A stretch of DNA of 64,000 nucleotides from assembly GCA_964188305.1 (NCBI GenBank), contig OZ076892.1, one strand, 5' to 3'. Position 1 is the stretch's first letter. Each line of letters opens with the position of its first letter. The notes under the pieces were generated by a model. The model had not been told where the DNA came from. It worked only from the letters and a program-made list of their open reading frames with translations, and did not search any database. Shown here piece after piece: positions 12,611 to 24,600 of the stretch. The DNA comes from Podarcis bocagei (Eukaryota). A program made the translations under genes and the position numbers.

Positions 12611-15600
12611 TCCACTCCACTCCACTCCACTCCCATTGCAGGGTAGCGATAGGACCTTTGCTGCAGTGGGGGATCATGCACTGCCCAGTTTTTTCTCCTT
12701 CAGGGCCAAGTGAAAGCTGCCCTGTTATTCTAGTGGGACACCATTAAGGACAGATTTTTGGCTTTAACTTGTTATTAGTGCTGGTTATGTTTTGCTTTTA
12801 GTTGTGTTTGTGGACTCATTTGCTTATGACTGTGTTTTATGGTTTTTATTATGTCAACCACTCTGGGGTGCACAAATGAAGGAAATGAAGCTATTTGCTT
12901 GTTGCATTTTAGCCTGTTTTTTAGTTCGTATTTTGTCCTCGGTGCTATTTCAACAGATGTGTATAAGCTCCCTTGGAAAGGCAAGATGTAAATAATTGCA
13001 AACATAAGGTGTCCTGGAGCTGGAAGTGATCACAATATTATTCAGCTCACAATTCAAAGGAAGGCGAAAACACTGAAGTGCAAAACAGTCACAGGCAGGG
13101 GAGGCACCTTTCCACCAAGGGATGTGGGAAGGGAGCAGGCAGTTCTTCAGGTACCAGCTTCCAAGCAGAGCAAGACTTTACATGTCAGCACCAGTGCACT
13201 AAATGGTCTTAGAAACACACCACAGCTACTGAAACTCCAAGCTTCCAGCCCCAGTAAGTAGCTGAATTTGAGCTCAGTAATTGAAGGAGAGAAAAGAATC
13301 AACTTGGCCCAGCCTTCCCATCCTGACACTGACAACTTTTGAATGCATTGACTCCCCACCCCCACCCCATTTTAAATTTTCTTGTCTGTCTTTCCTCTTT
13401 AATGTTTCGCTGTGGTCCAAGAAGGTTGATGGGTGGGTGAGTAGGAGGTACTACGTCATTTTAACTTTTGTGTTTATGGCAACAAAATTCCCCAGGCGGT
13501 CTCTGAAAAGAGACAGAAGGACCTCTGGGACTGCACGGTTTTATCCACTGAGTTGTTAGTGGGGTGGTGGAAGAGGACAAGGGAAACTGGGGGGTTGCTC
13601 TGATTGCACATGTGTGGACATTGCTCGGGGGGGGGGGCTGTTGCTAGTGAAGTTGCCAAGTGCGATTCAGAATGTGAACCACAAGATCTCAACGTTTGCA
13701 GAAAATGCTGGGAGATTTTTTTCTGAAAGAGATACTAAGGATGTATTTTGTGTCAGGTGATTACAGCCATAGGGTTGGGGGCTGGGGGTAAAATGTCTTG
13801 GCCAAGAGGGAGCAACTCTAAGAGGAAGCAGCACTCCTGGTCAGAACCAGGAAAGGGGGAACAGGAGGAAATGATTTCTCCCTGTCAATGGCTGTGATCT
13901 GCAGCAGAAGCCCCGTTCAGCAAGCTAAGGAAACAAGCAAAGGAAGTGAGTCATCCTCCTCTGTCTATTGCTGCAGCTGCACAGCGGTGGCTCTGGAGCC
14001 AGGATGACCCCCCACCCCCAGTAAGAAGGGGTGTGTGAAGTGCACCACTGTTGTGGAGGTAGTGCTGGTGTCTTTCCATCCTCCATGGTTGGGAGAAAAT
14101 TCCCAAAAGCAACAGAGGGTCAATCACATTAATGTCACCTTCTGATGCTCCAACACTTAAGAGTGTTGCTCTGGAAGGTCAGGCTCAATAGACTGCAGGA
14201 CCAGAACCATAAGCACAAGCAGACTTGCGGAGAATTAGCTGGCCTCATCTGAGGTCAAGAAGGAAATGGTCTTGGGCTCTTGGAATGTACGAGAGAGATG
14301 ACTAAAGCGCAGTGATCATCCTTAGCATTGAGCAAGGCCACTTGGCAAATCATTGCCTAGTAATCCAAGACTAGTAAAAGGAACTGGGTCACTGGTAGGA
14401 CACCTGGCCCTCACAGCTACCCTACCTTTAAGAGCACCTTTTTGATCAAAAGTTTAAAATTGATTAATCTCTGTTTGATTAAAAACTTTGCAGCTCATCT
14501 CTACCCCCCCCCCCCGCAGTGATAGCTGACAGGTCAGGTCAACTCATGGCCTGAATGAGCATCAGGTGCCTCACCCAGAGCTGGATGAAAGATGTCTTTC
14601 CGAGCAGTGTGGTGGCTGGCCTGCTTTAAAGGGCTGTTTTAAGGAGTAGGGTTAGAGAATTCATGTCAAGTGCTCTGGGGCAGCCTCCAAAGATCCCTTC
14701 CTGAAGGCTGTGTCTTGGAGACTCCCTGCAACTTTTGCCACTTCCTGGCCAGCTCAGGCTGGGCAGCAGAAGGTGAACTGTTTTGCAAATTTCTCTCTGC
14801 AGCTTGCACAGTGCTGCATACTGGTGTGCGTGCAGATCCCTCATTAACCTGGATTCATCATGCCGGCTGAGTTGATCATGGTCTGTTGCATCCACTCTTA
14901 ACTTCCTCCCTCCCAGTACCTTTGAGGGGTGGATCTGCCATTCCCAGGTGACACTGGGTTCCTCTGACGTGTGATTTCTGTGCATTCATCTTTCCTGGCA
15001 CAATTGCGTGCCTTTGCCTCATCAATCTTTCACAGTCATTCTGCTACGGTGTTGTGGGAGTACGCAATGTGTTCTTCCTAGGAAGTGCTTAAAAGGCAGG
15101 ATTGAGAGGAAGACATCCTTCGGGGGCACTTTTTATGTATATCTCAAGGAAAACAGAAGGTAGTCTAGATCCTGGAGCCACCTTTGCCAAGTTGGTGCCA
15201 TTCATGTTTTGGGAAGTAACTCCCAACAGCCCCAGTCAGCACAGGTATCATAGTCCAAAGCATATGGGGAGCAACAGATTGGAGAAGGCTCCTCTAGAGC
15301 AGCAATTCTTCTTCTTCTTTGGTGATCACTCATAGCCAAGTAAGATTGTCTTCCATGACCACGGCCTTAACAGTGAGTCTGTAAGTGACTGTGGAGGCAA
15401 ATTCTGGATCCACACGTCCTTCCACAGTGGGGATGTAGGTTTCTGGGTGGGAGTTGATCATGGTGAGGATTTGTCCAAGCTGCCTTCCTCTTAGCTCATT
15501 TCTCCCTTTTGTCCTGAGTTCGTGCTTTGAGGTCAATGACACCTTTAGTAGAGGCTGTTCTCCAACTGGAGCACTCACAGCAATTACGGCACGTGTGACC

Positions 15601-18600
15601 AGGAGCAAGTTGAAATGGAAATGAGCAGAAAGAGACAGAAATCACCTCTGACTGTTAGTTTCTGGTGCTATCAAGGGCATTTAGCTGCGACCCACAGGGT
15701 GCCATCTCATATTGTGTAAAGGCCCCTATAAATGCATGTTCATTTCAATGAGGCTTGCACTAGATAACTTCTCATTGGATTGGGCTCCCATGTGAATTAG
15801 TGTATGTGGGCATTTTACTCTCCCTCAAACAGCAGAATGCCCCAAAATCCATGCTTTGCGAGGGATGCAGTTTGATGGGCAGTTCCTATGAAAGACTGTT
15901 CCATCCATTCATATCTTCATGTTCAAGGCGCAGAGAAAGAGAGAGGGGTCAGTGTCAGTGTGGTTATTGCTACCCCCAATGGACAAAATCTGAATTGCTC
16001 TGTTCTCCTTCAGGCAGGGCCCTAGACTTGGAGCCAATTGTTAGCCTTTGATAGTGATAGCCTTTAACTCAAAGGATATTCTAGAGCTGGGAGGAAAAGG
16101 CAGAAAGGAGCAACCAAAATTATCAAAGGGGCTGGACTAATCAACCCCACTTTACAGGAAGGTTACAACATCTCAGACCTCATCATGGTGTATTTATGGG
16201 TGAAGTTAGGGGGTGTGCCCCAAATGCATTCCCCTCCACACACCTTCTTAACATCAAAATGCATTTGTTTCCTAATCTCCCAGTTTGGAAGGATCCTTCT
16301 GATGCTCTTTAAGTTGCAAACACAGCCTCTAGCTCCACTGTGTAAGAGGAAAAAACCCTTTCTTTTTAATGGAAACTCTTGTGAACATTTTACTAATTTG
16401 TGTAAGATAGGCTATTGCCAAGTGAGTCACTCTAGCATGAATGGAATCCTGGAACAACCTTTGGCAAGGGGAAGAAGTGTTTGTGAGATGAATTGGGTGG
16501 GGGGAGTGTTACAAGCCCACTGGAGAGTCCTTTTTCACCTGTGAAATCCTGGAGGGGAAGATGTTGCCCCAAAGTAATGTTTCATAAGAGCTTCTATTAT
16601 TCTGACTTTTCAGTACCATGTAATGCCTGGGGATAATAGGGGCTTCTGAGGGGACTGGATAGAAAGTCAGACCTGGGACAGTGTTCAGGCGATCCCTGCT
16701 CTGCCACCACCTTCTCTGATGGAAAATGGATGTCTAGAGAGGAGGAACTGAGTCTCAAGTAGAGGCTGAAGAAACAGCTTGCAGGGTTCTTGTGAGAGTA
16801 ACATATGATGCCTTTCTGTATGCCCCCTCAGGAGGAAAGTCAGGAGAGAGCCCTGATAGCTCTGCTTTGCTACTTCTGAAACAAGGTGCTCCTTCCTCAG
16901 ACTCTCAGGCAACTTGGTTTCCCAGCCCATGTGATCTCACTCCCTCACCCAGCCCCAATGTCAGGCTTTCCTTCAGCCTGTGGTGACATCTCAATTCCTT
17001 GCCTCTCCATTTTTTTTTCTCTCCAACTGAACAAGAGAGAAGGAAAGAAAAGAAATTTCGTACTTGAATTTTTCTGCACTACCTCTTGACTGTTGTCCAT
17101 TAACACGAGGGCTGGTTTTTCACCTCAGGAGCCACGAGGGACATCGGCTCCGCTCTAACCCGGATGTGTATGCGGCACCGCAGTATTGAGACCAAGCTGA
17201 GGCAGTTTACCAAGTAAGTGCCTTTGGTTAGACTCGCGTGCTTGTCGTGTGTGTGGGCCAGCCCCAGGCTCCCTTTCCGAAGAAGAGGGAGAGGCTCAGT
17301 GGCCTTGAAAACGGGATTGGGGAGGTGCTGAAATAGGCAAGACATGCAGAAGGAGGCTCAGGGTTTTAGAAACTCGAGCCAATTCCATACTGTAGTCCAG
17401 AGAATGAGTTATTGAGCCATTTGGATCACCTTGGCACATTTATGGGGATTTCATTGCAAACCCTTCTCCGCATCCCTTGGCCCTGCTAACCCGCCTCTCT
17501 CTGGGTGCCTTCCCCCCTCCTGCAGTGCCCTGATGGAGAGCCTGATTAACCCCCTGCAGGATCGGATAGAGGACTGGAAGAAGACTGCTAACCAGCTTGA
17601 CAAAGATCACGCGAAAGGTAAAAGGGCAGGAGGCACCCTGGCTGCCCCATAGCCTGTGAGGCAGTGTCTGGTGCTCAGAGGAAAGCAGTGGCAAGGATGT
17701 GACTGTGGGGCTTAGGGTGGGAGGAGATGAAAGCCAGGAGTTGAGTCTGGGCCCCATAGAGAGCAGTGGCCTCGCTTGTCTGCTCACGCCATGTGGGGGA
17801 CCTCGGGGTCCACCCGCCAAGCTGTTTGCCTTCTGGTCACTTGGAATCAGGCCTCGTGTCTCCCAATTCCTGTCTCCTTAGAATACAAACGAGCCCGCCA
17901 TGAGATAAAGAAGAAGTCCTCTGACACACTGAAGCTTCAGAAGAAAGCCCGCAAAGGTAAGATCTGCCAGGGTCTTTCTGGCCAAAGGGCAGCTCAGTTT
18001 GGCTAGTGATGTTGGCCTCCAACCCCTGATTGAAGAGGGGGACTGGATTTGTTGGGCTGCCCTTGGATAAACTAAATTGCTTCTGCCTTAGCAGTGAACG
18101 TTTCCCTGCACAGGTAAGGGCATGGATGGAGCAAGGACCTTGGTTTAATTCTCCAGTTAAATGCATTGCAGTGTAAGATCCTGGTTAAACTAGGGTGGAG
18201 GCCTCCTTGCGGCATAATGTCCTGGGGCCCAGAGGTTCTCCAAATCCCTTTGTGGGTTGTTTGCTTTGCAGGTGAGACAGAGCTTTGTGTTAGGCAGTGA
18301 CAGAAAAGGGAATGAATTCAGCTTCCTGAATTTATTTGGGGGGGGGGTGTTAAAGCAAGTTTTTGGCCCCTGTGGCTTAACAGTGTGGGTGGGCAATGCT
18401 GGCTGAGGCCTCAGAAACCAGAGGAGATGGCCGAGTGAGAGGTCTGTTGATTAGGCTCACAGCATTCACCTTTGCTCAGTTCAGGAATCTTGGATTTATT
18501 TGTTTTAAGTGCAGAAGAACACACATGCCTCTTAGCTATTGATCCTCTTCAAAGCTGTGAGGCATTTTAACCCCCAAGGAGAAAGAAGGCCCAGCTGTCT

Positions 18601-21600
18601 TCAGAGTTGTGGTAGCAGATTCCAAGGGGAGAAGGGAGCTTGCCTGCTTCTGGTTTGCTTGTGTGTCTGAATGGGTCTTTGTGAGAGTGGCAGTTTCTGC
18701 AGGGGGCGTTGTTCAGCCGGTGCTTTAAGTTTCCGCACTTTTGGTTTGCCCACCCATCTTGTGAACATGTGATTGCCAGGGGAGGGTTTCTTTCAGAGCC
18801 TTGCTAAGTTCTTATTGCCCTAAAATCAGGCCAGTGTGTTGATCCAGGTCATTGCTCCTTGAAGTTACCATGTGTGTATGCTGGTGCTGACTGCAAAGAT
18901 GGGGGGGGGGGCCCTCGGGGATAATTTCCTATCAAAGTGCCTCTCCCTCCCCTTTATGCACACACTCTGTCATGGGAAGAGAACTGTGTTGGTGTTCTCA
19001 GTGTGGCGTCTCATACCATTCTCAGTCCTTCTAGGTATTGAGAGGGGTCTTCCTGGCTCCTGCAGCGGACCCTCTGAGGCCCAAACCAGATGTTGCGTGT
19101 GCACGTGGCCACCAATGACTCCTTGGGAAGACAAGGTGCAGGGTGCAAATGTCTCTGTGCCTTCCTCCTCCTGTTTGGCTGCTCCATGCAAGGTGGATTG
19201 GGGACCTGTGGCATTTGGCTTGGGTCTGGGGCATTTGCATTCTGTCTTGGGGAATCCCCACTCCACCCCTGGACCTGCCACTGCCCCCCACCTGGGGGAG
19301 GTTACCAGAGTCCTGTGGCTCCCACTTTTGCTCCTTGTGCCAGTGGAGAAGACCTGACCAGACGCAGCTGTCCCCTGCTGTCATTTTATGGCGGGAGGGC
19401 AGTTGTGTACCTGGTGATGTGGCTGAGTTGGGTGGTGGTTCTGTGGGGTCCTGTTCCAGGTGGGAAGATGGCTCTATACATCAGCCTGTCTTTCACACAT
19501 TCTTCTTTCTCTCTTCCTCCCTCTCTCCTTTCTCTTCCCTCCTTTCCACATCCTTCCTGTAGAGCTACTTGGTAAGTCAAACGTTGCCATCTCAGCTTCA
19601 TCCAGGCATCCCTCACCCTTCCTCCACGCTCTTGGCTTCACTACCTGTAATCCTCTCCCCCCTCCCTCCCTCCCTCCACTCTGTTTTGGTTGGGCTTGAA
19701 ATGAAATGAAACCTCTGGAGGCCATGCTGACGCAAGTGGTGCATTGAAGGTTGGGAGCAGCTTAAGCTGATGGGGCTGACTGAGGCTCGGTTCAGCTTTG
19801 CTGGAGGCAGAGAGGAGGTGGTGATGAATGCAGGAACCTGAGGTGTAAGGTGCCGACAGGCCACATGGCAAAAACGGAAATACTAAGTTCAAAGTTGCTT
19901 CATTATTCTCAGTGAACCTTGCAACGACCCTGTAAGGCAGGCCAGCATTACTGCCCCCCATGTTGCGGATGGCCAGGCTGAGGCTAAAGAAGAGCAGCTT
20001 ACCTCAGGCCAAATTGGAGACTTGGGAGATTGTTCCAAAGCCATCTTATTTTGGCCTGCTGGCAAGCAAGACCCCATGGGAAATGGGTGTGCGCCTCCCC
20101 TGCTATGTCAACCCCCTGACTAGCCCATCCACAAACTAGCTAAGCACCTGAGATGCCAAAATCCCTGGGGCTCTTGCCTCGCCTCTGTTTAGAGTAATCT
20201 CCCCACTCCCCATTTTGTTGATAGAGTACAACTCCTACCCCCAACCCTTGGCCTTGCTTATGAGGCCTTTTAGGTCAAAATATGAGGCCTATGAGGCTTA
20301 TGAGGCCTTTTAGGTCAAAATATGTGGTGTGTGCCAGGTTTATTTATCTATAGTTTGACCATTTCAACCTTGGGCCTTTCTTGGCCTTGGAAAGTCAAGT
20401 CCCTACCTTTCAGCCTAAGCTCCCTTACAAGGTTGTTGTGAAGCTGTTTTCTAAAGACAGTGTTCTTTGTGTCTTAAAAGAAGCCTAGCATACATGAAAA
20501 CCCTTAGTTTGATTTGCAAGAGTTGCATTCAGGCCCCACCTTCCTGGGGCTGCAAAAAACTGGGTTATTTTACAGAATGTATTGCAGGCATAGGCAAACT
20601 CAGACCTCCAGGTGTTTTGGGACTACAACTCCCATCATCCCTAGCTAACAGGACCAGTAGTCAGGGATGATGGGAATTGCAGTCTCAAAACATCTGGAGG
20701 GCTGAGTTTGCCTCTGCCTGATGTATTGGGTTCAATCCCAGTTTAAAGGATTGGGTAGCAGAAAGCAATGTGAAGGAGGAAGAAGGGGTCCTACCCTCTC
20801 CACCTGCCTGAGACCCCACAGAGCCACTCCTCTGGGCAGGGGTCTGCCTCAGTGCAAGGCTGCTTCATATGCCCTGTTGCCACTTTGAAAAGGGGGATAT
20901 CAAAGGGCACATTCAAAGCACATACACTTTGGTTTCATCAGTTGAACACAAAATGGAAAAACAGCTTGAATTCTCACGGATCCAGACTGGCTCAGTCTCT
21001 CACTCTGGGGCCATCTTCTCCAACCTGGTGTTTTGAACCACAACTCCCATCAGCCTCAGCCTTCTCTGGAGGAAATCCTCCTTGGTATTGCTTATGGCAG
21101 GCATGTCCAAAGTCCATTTCGGGGGCCTAATGTGGCCCACTGGTTGGTTTAATCCAGCCCCTGTGGCAGTTTCTTTCCTGGGGTTAAAACCTAAAAAAAC
21201 CCTCAACAACTTCAATCCTAAAAAAGGTCAATAACATTGGTTGGCCCTTTGGTCAGCCCCCATGGCCCTTCACGTCATCAAATCTGGCCCTCTTTTTAAA
21301 AAGTTTGGACACCACCGGCTTATGGGATTTGTAACCCAAAACAACTGGAGGGCACCGGCTTCAGGGAAGGCTGTTCTGGAAGGTGGCTAGGTCTCCTTCA
21401 GAGGGAGACCACAATTTCCACCTGCAGCAGAGTGCCACCATTTGTCTGGGTACTTAAGGGCCCCAGGTGCTTTCAGTTAGGGACCAAAGGCCTGGTTAAA
21501 ATTGATTGGTGCAGGTTGGAATAACCATTCCTTCTCCCTTAGGCCAAAGCAAAGAGGAGGCCTTCTTGTCTTGTGCTGGGAGACACTCACAAGAGCATCC

Positions 21601-24600
21601 CTATGATCCCTCTTAGTATCCTCACCCTCGTGAACCACAAAGGCATAAGCAACAAGACATTGTCAGTGGGCACTTTTTAAGTTGGCTTTCATTTCAGGCC
21701 TGATCAGCATCACCACAGGGCCTCATTATTCCCATCTGGACACTCCTCTTTCTCTGGCTCTGCTGCACCGCTCCAGAATGGCTCTGGGGCAAATGCTGAG
21801 ATCCACCCACCTTGGGCCCAGATCCGCCCCAGAGAGTGACAGCCTTGAGATTAGGGATGGGGGAAGAGCCACTTTAAAAAGTGGAATTGGACAGGAATGC
21901 ACCCTTCAGCAACAGCTCATCAGAAGGGTGGGTTGGTGCCTTGGCTTCCATTTTCAAAAGGCCAGTTCTGGCTTTCCCCAAGCATTATTAAATTCAGCAA
22001 GCGTTATATAGGTCTCGCAGGTTCCCCTCAACTTTATAGCTCCTTTTCCCTGGGTCTTTTGGCTGCCAAGCCCAAGCATCAGGATCTCAGCCTTAGCCCT
22101 CCAATATCCTGGGGCCCACTGCCTCAACAGCTTGGCTGTTTCTTGACTTTTTCTCAGCAATCAGCCATTCTTCCAGTCTTCCCTGTTCCTCCCCACACTG
22201 GTTTTCCACCCGCCTGGCTGCTCAGTCATCTTGCTTTACCTTCTTTGCATGTGGGCTGGTGGTGGTGGTGGTGGGAGGCAACATATCTGAGTGACAGCAG
22301 GGCTGCGGTTGCACAAGGGTGGTCTTCATTGCTGTCCATCAAGCCAAGCATTTCATGGTTGGTTCTGCACACATTGTGAATTGCTTGCTGGCACCTCTGT
22401 TTTGCATAGCCTGTGATCAATGGGCGGTTGTGAGCATGGACAGCTCCAGGGGAGCCTTGATCCTAAGGGCTCTCTTGGTGTCTGTGCTTCCGACGAACTT
22501 TTGAAGTCCATGTGTCTGTGTCTCCCTTTGTGTGTCCTTGAGTATTTGTATGAGTAGCAATACCCATCCACCCCAACCCAGATTCTCACAGCGCAGTCTT
22601 CCAAGCAACTGAGTCACACAAATTTCAGCACCGCTGTGAAACTAAGGTCTGAACTTGGAATGAATTTGAACTTCTGCTTTTGAATTACAGTGTTGGAATT
22701 GTGAATGGGTTTGTGTGGGAAGGAGAGAGTGATGAATCCAGCACAAACTGGGACGGAGGAGGGAAAGGCAAGGTGCATCATGGGAGCAGGGCAGCCCTCT
22801 CAATTGACTCTAGGCGTCCCAAGGACCACTGTGCTCTGTATCTGGCTAGTGATACACAGATCCACTGCTGGGCCAACTGCTGGGACTCCTCTTGCCAGTG
22901 GGCAATTGGAAAAAGCCTGTGGGGTGAATTCAAAGAAGCAGAAAAGGATGGATCTAGACACACCTGCCCACCTTTGGAGGGTTGAAGAGCCAGAAGCCAA
23001 CATGGGCCTCTTGCCCAATTTTACTGCTACACCCAGAAAATGAAAATGCTGCATAGCAGGAGAAGGCCTCCCACTGCTTTGAGCATGACCCCTTCAGACT
23101 TGTGTGGGCCAATAGGGCTTTCTTCTCCCTGCCACCCTATATGAGAAGGACAACCTGCATCTCATGTAACATCTAGTTATTGCTAGCAGTATGATGGCTC
23201 CTCTCCCAGTCTGGAGAGTAATGCTAGATAGTAGAGGGTTGGCAAAGGACTTGTGTGAATCATGGAGGTGGAGGGAGTGGTAACAGGAGGAGCAGGAATG
23301 GTGGAGCGATTGTGCTTTGCAGAGGTCACGATGGGCCAGAAGGTAGGAAGGTGACTTCACAGATTGAAAGCGAGGAGGCTGCTGTTCCAGATGCTGTAGA
23401 ATGGCATAGTCAAAGGTGCAAAGGCAGAGTAGGGAGAAGAAGGCAGAGGTAAAGGAGAACTTGCTTCAGACTGAGAGGTCAAAAAGAGAAATATTTCATA
23501 GGAAGTGAAGAGGGTGGAGAGCTTGCATCCTTGGTGGGAGCCAACACAGGCGCTTAAGGAGAGGAGCAAGGTGCTCCTTGGAGTGGAGATGGGGACAGTT
23601 GTGACATCCTCCACTCCCTTTATTGCCTCATACGTCTTCATGAATTGGTAGCAGTTGGGGACTATGGGGTGAAATAAGGCTTGGTTCCATCATGACATCT
23701 ACAAAGTCAAATGAAGTCAGTTGAGGGAGTAGGCAGGGGAGGGCAGTGCAAAGAGACTGGGGGGGGGCATTTTTGCAAGCAATATTGAAATAGCATGGTG
23801 GGCATGTTCAGTTATGCAGAAGATGTTCCTGAAAAACAGTGAAGGTTTTGGCTTAGCCCTGTTTACAAATATAGTTATTATTGATAGATTGAGTTTAAAT
23901 TACTTGTAAACTGCTTAATATTTAAGAAAATCCAAAGCTGTATACAAAGTATTCAGTGCACAACATTCAGACTAGAAAAGACATACAGTTTGTTGCTTTC
24001 CACAGTGACCAGTGATATGACATATCTGGCCAATATCACTCCTTTCGGGATGCAGACATGGACAGAAATGTCGCCAGGGCTGATGTGGGCCAGGAGCCCA
24101 GTGCCTCCTGGAGGGCCAGCTACAGATATTAACAGTGGCCCTCACACTTTTATAGACCTATGCAATATATGCAGTCATGATGCTACTTGTCTGAAATCAT
24201 CAATTTTATCACATGTGAACAGCCATGAAAATTAAGCAAGCATGAAACTGAGCTTCCCTCTGTCATAACAATAGGGATTGAGAGCATCAGAGCATCAGAG
24301 CATCACAGTTCATCAGAATGACAAATCCTGGACAACAGGGTCAAAGACCAGTGTTTACTTATTTAAAAAGTCATTTAACCTGCTCCAGGCAAAAAGGCTT
24401 CAAAAATAGCTTGTAGATTGAACAAAAAATAGCCCCTCATAGTGTTTGGCAAACCAACTTGGGTGTGTTTCTTCACAACCCTCTGAGTATTTTAAACATC
24501 TCTCGTACAGGTCAGAGTACTCACAAAATGGTTGCTTTTGGTTCTTGGGAGCTATTCAGTAAGTCTGGATACGGGTGCATTATGCTATAATCAAACTGGT

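Noticed and set aside
23200-23990. Possible very old L2 fragment on the minus strand
   Set aside because: Composition is suggestive but no motif could be read with confidence.
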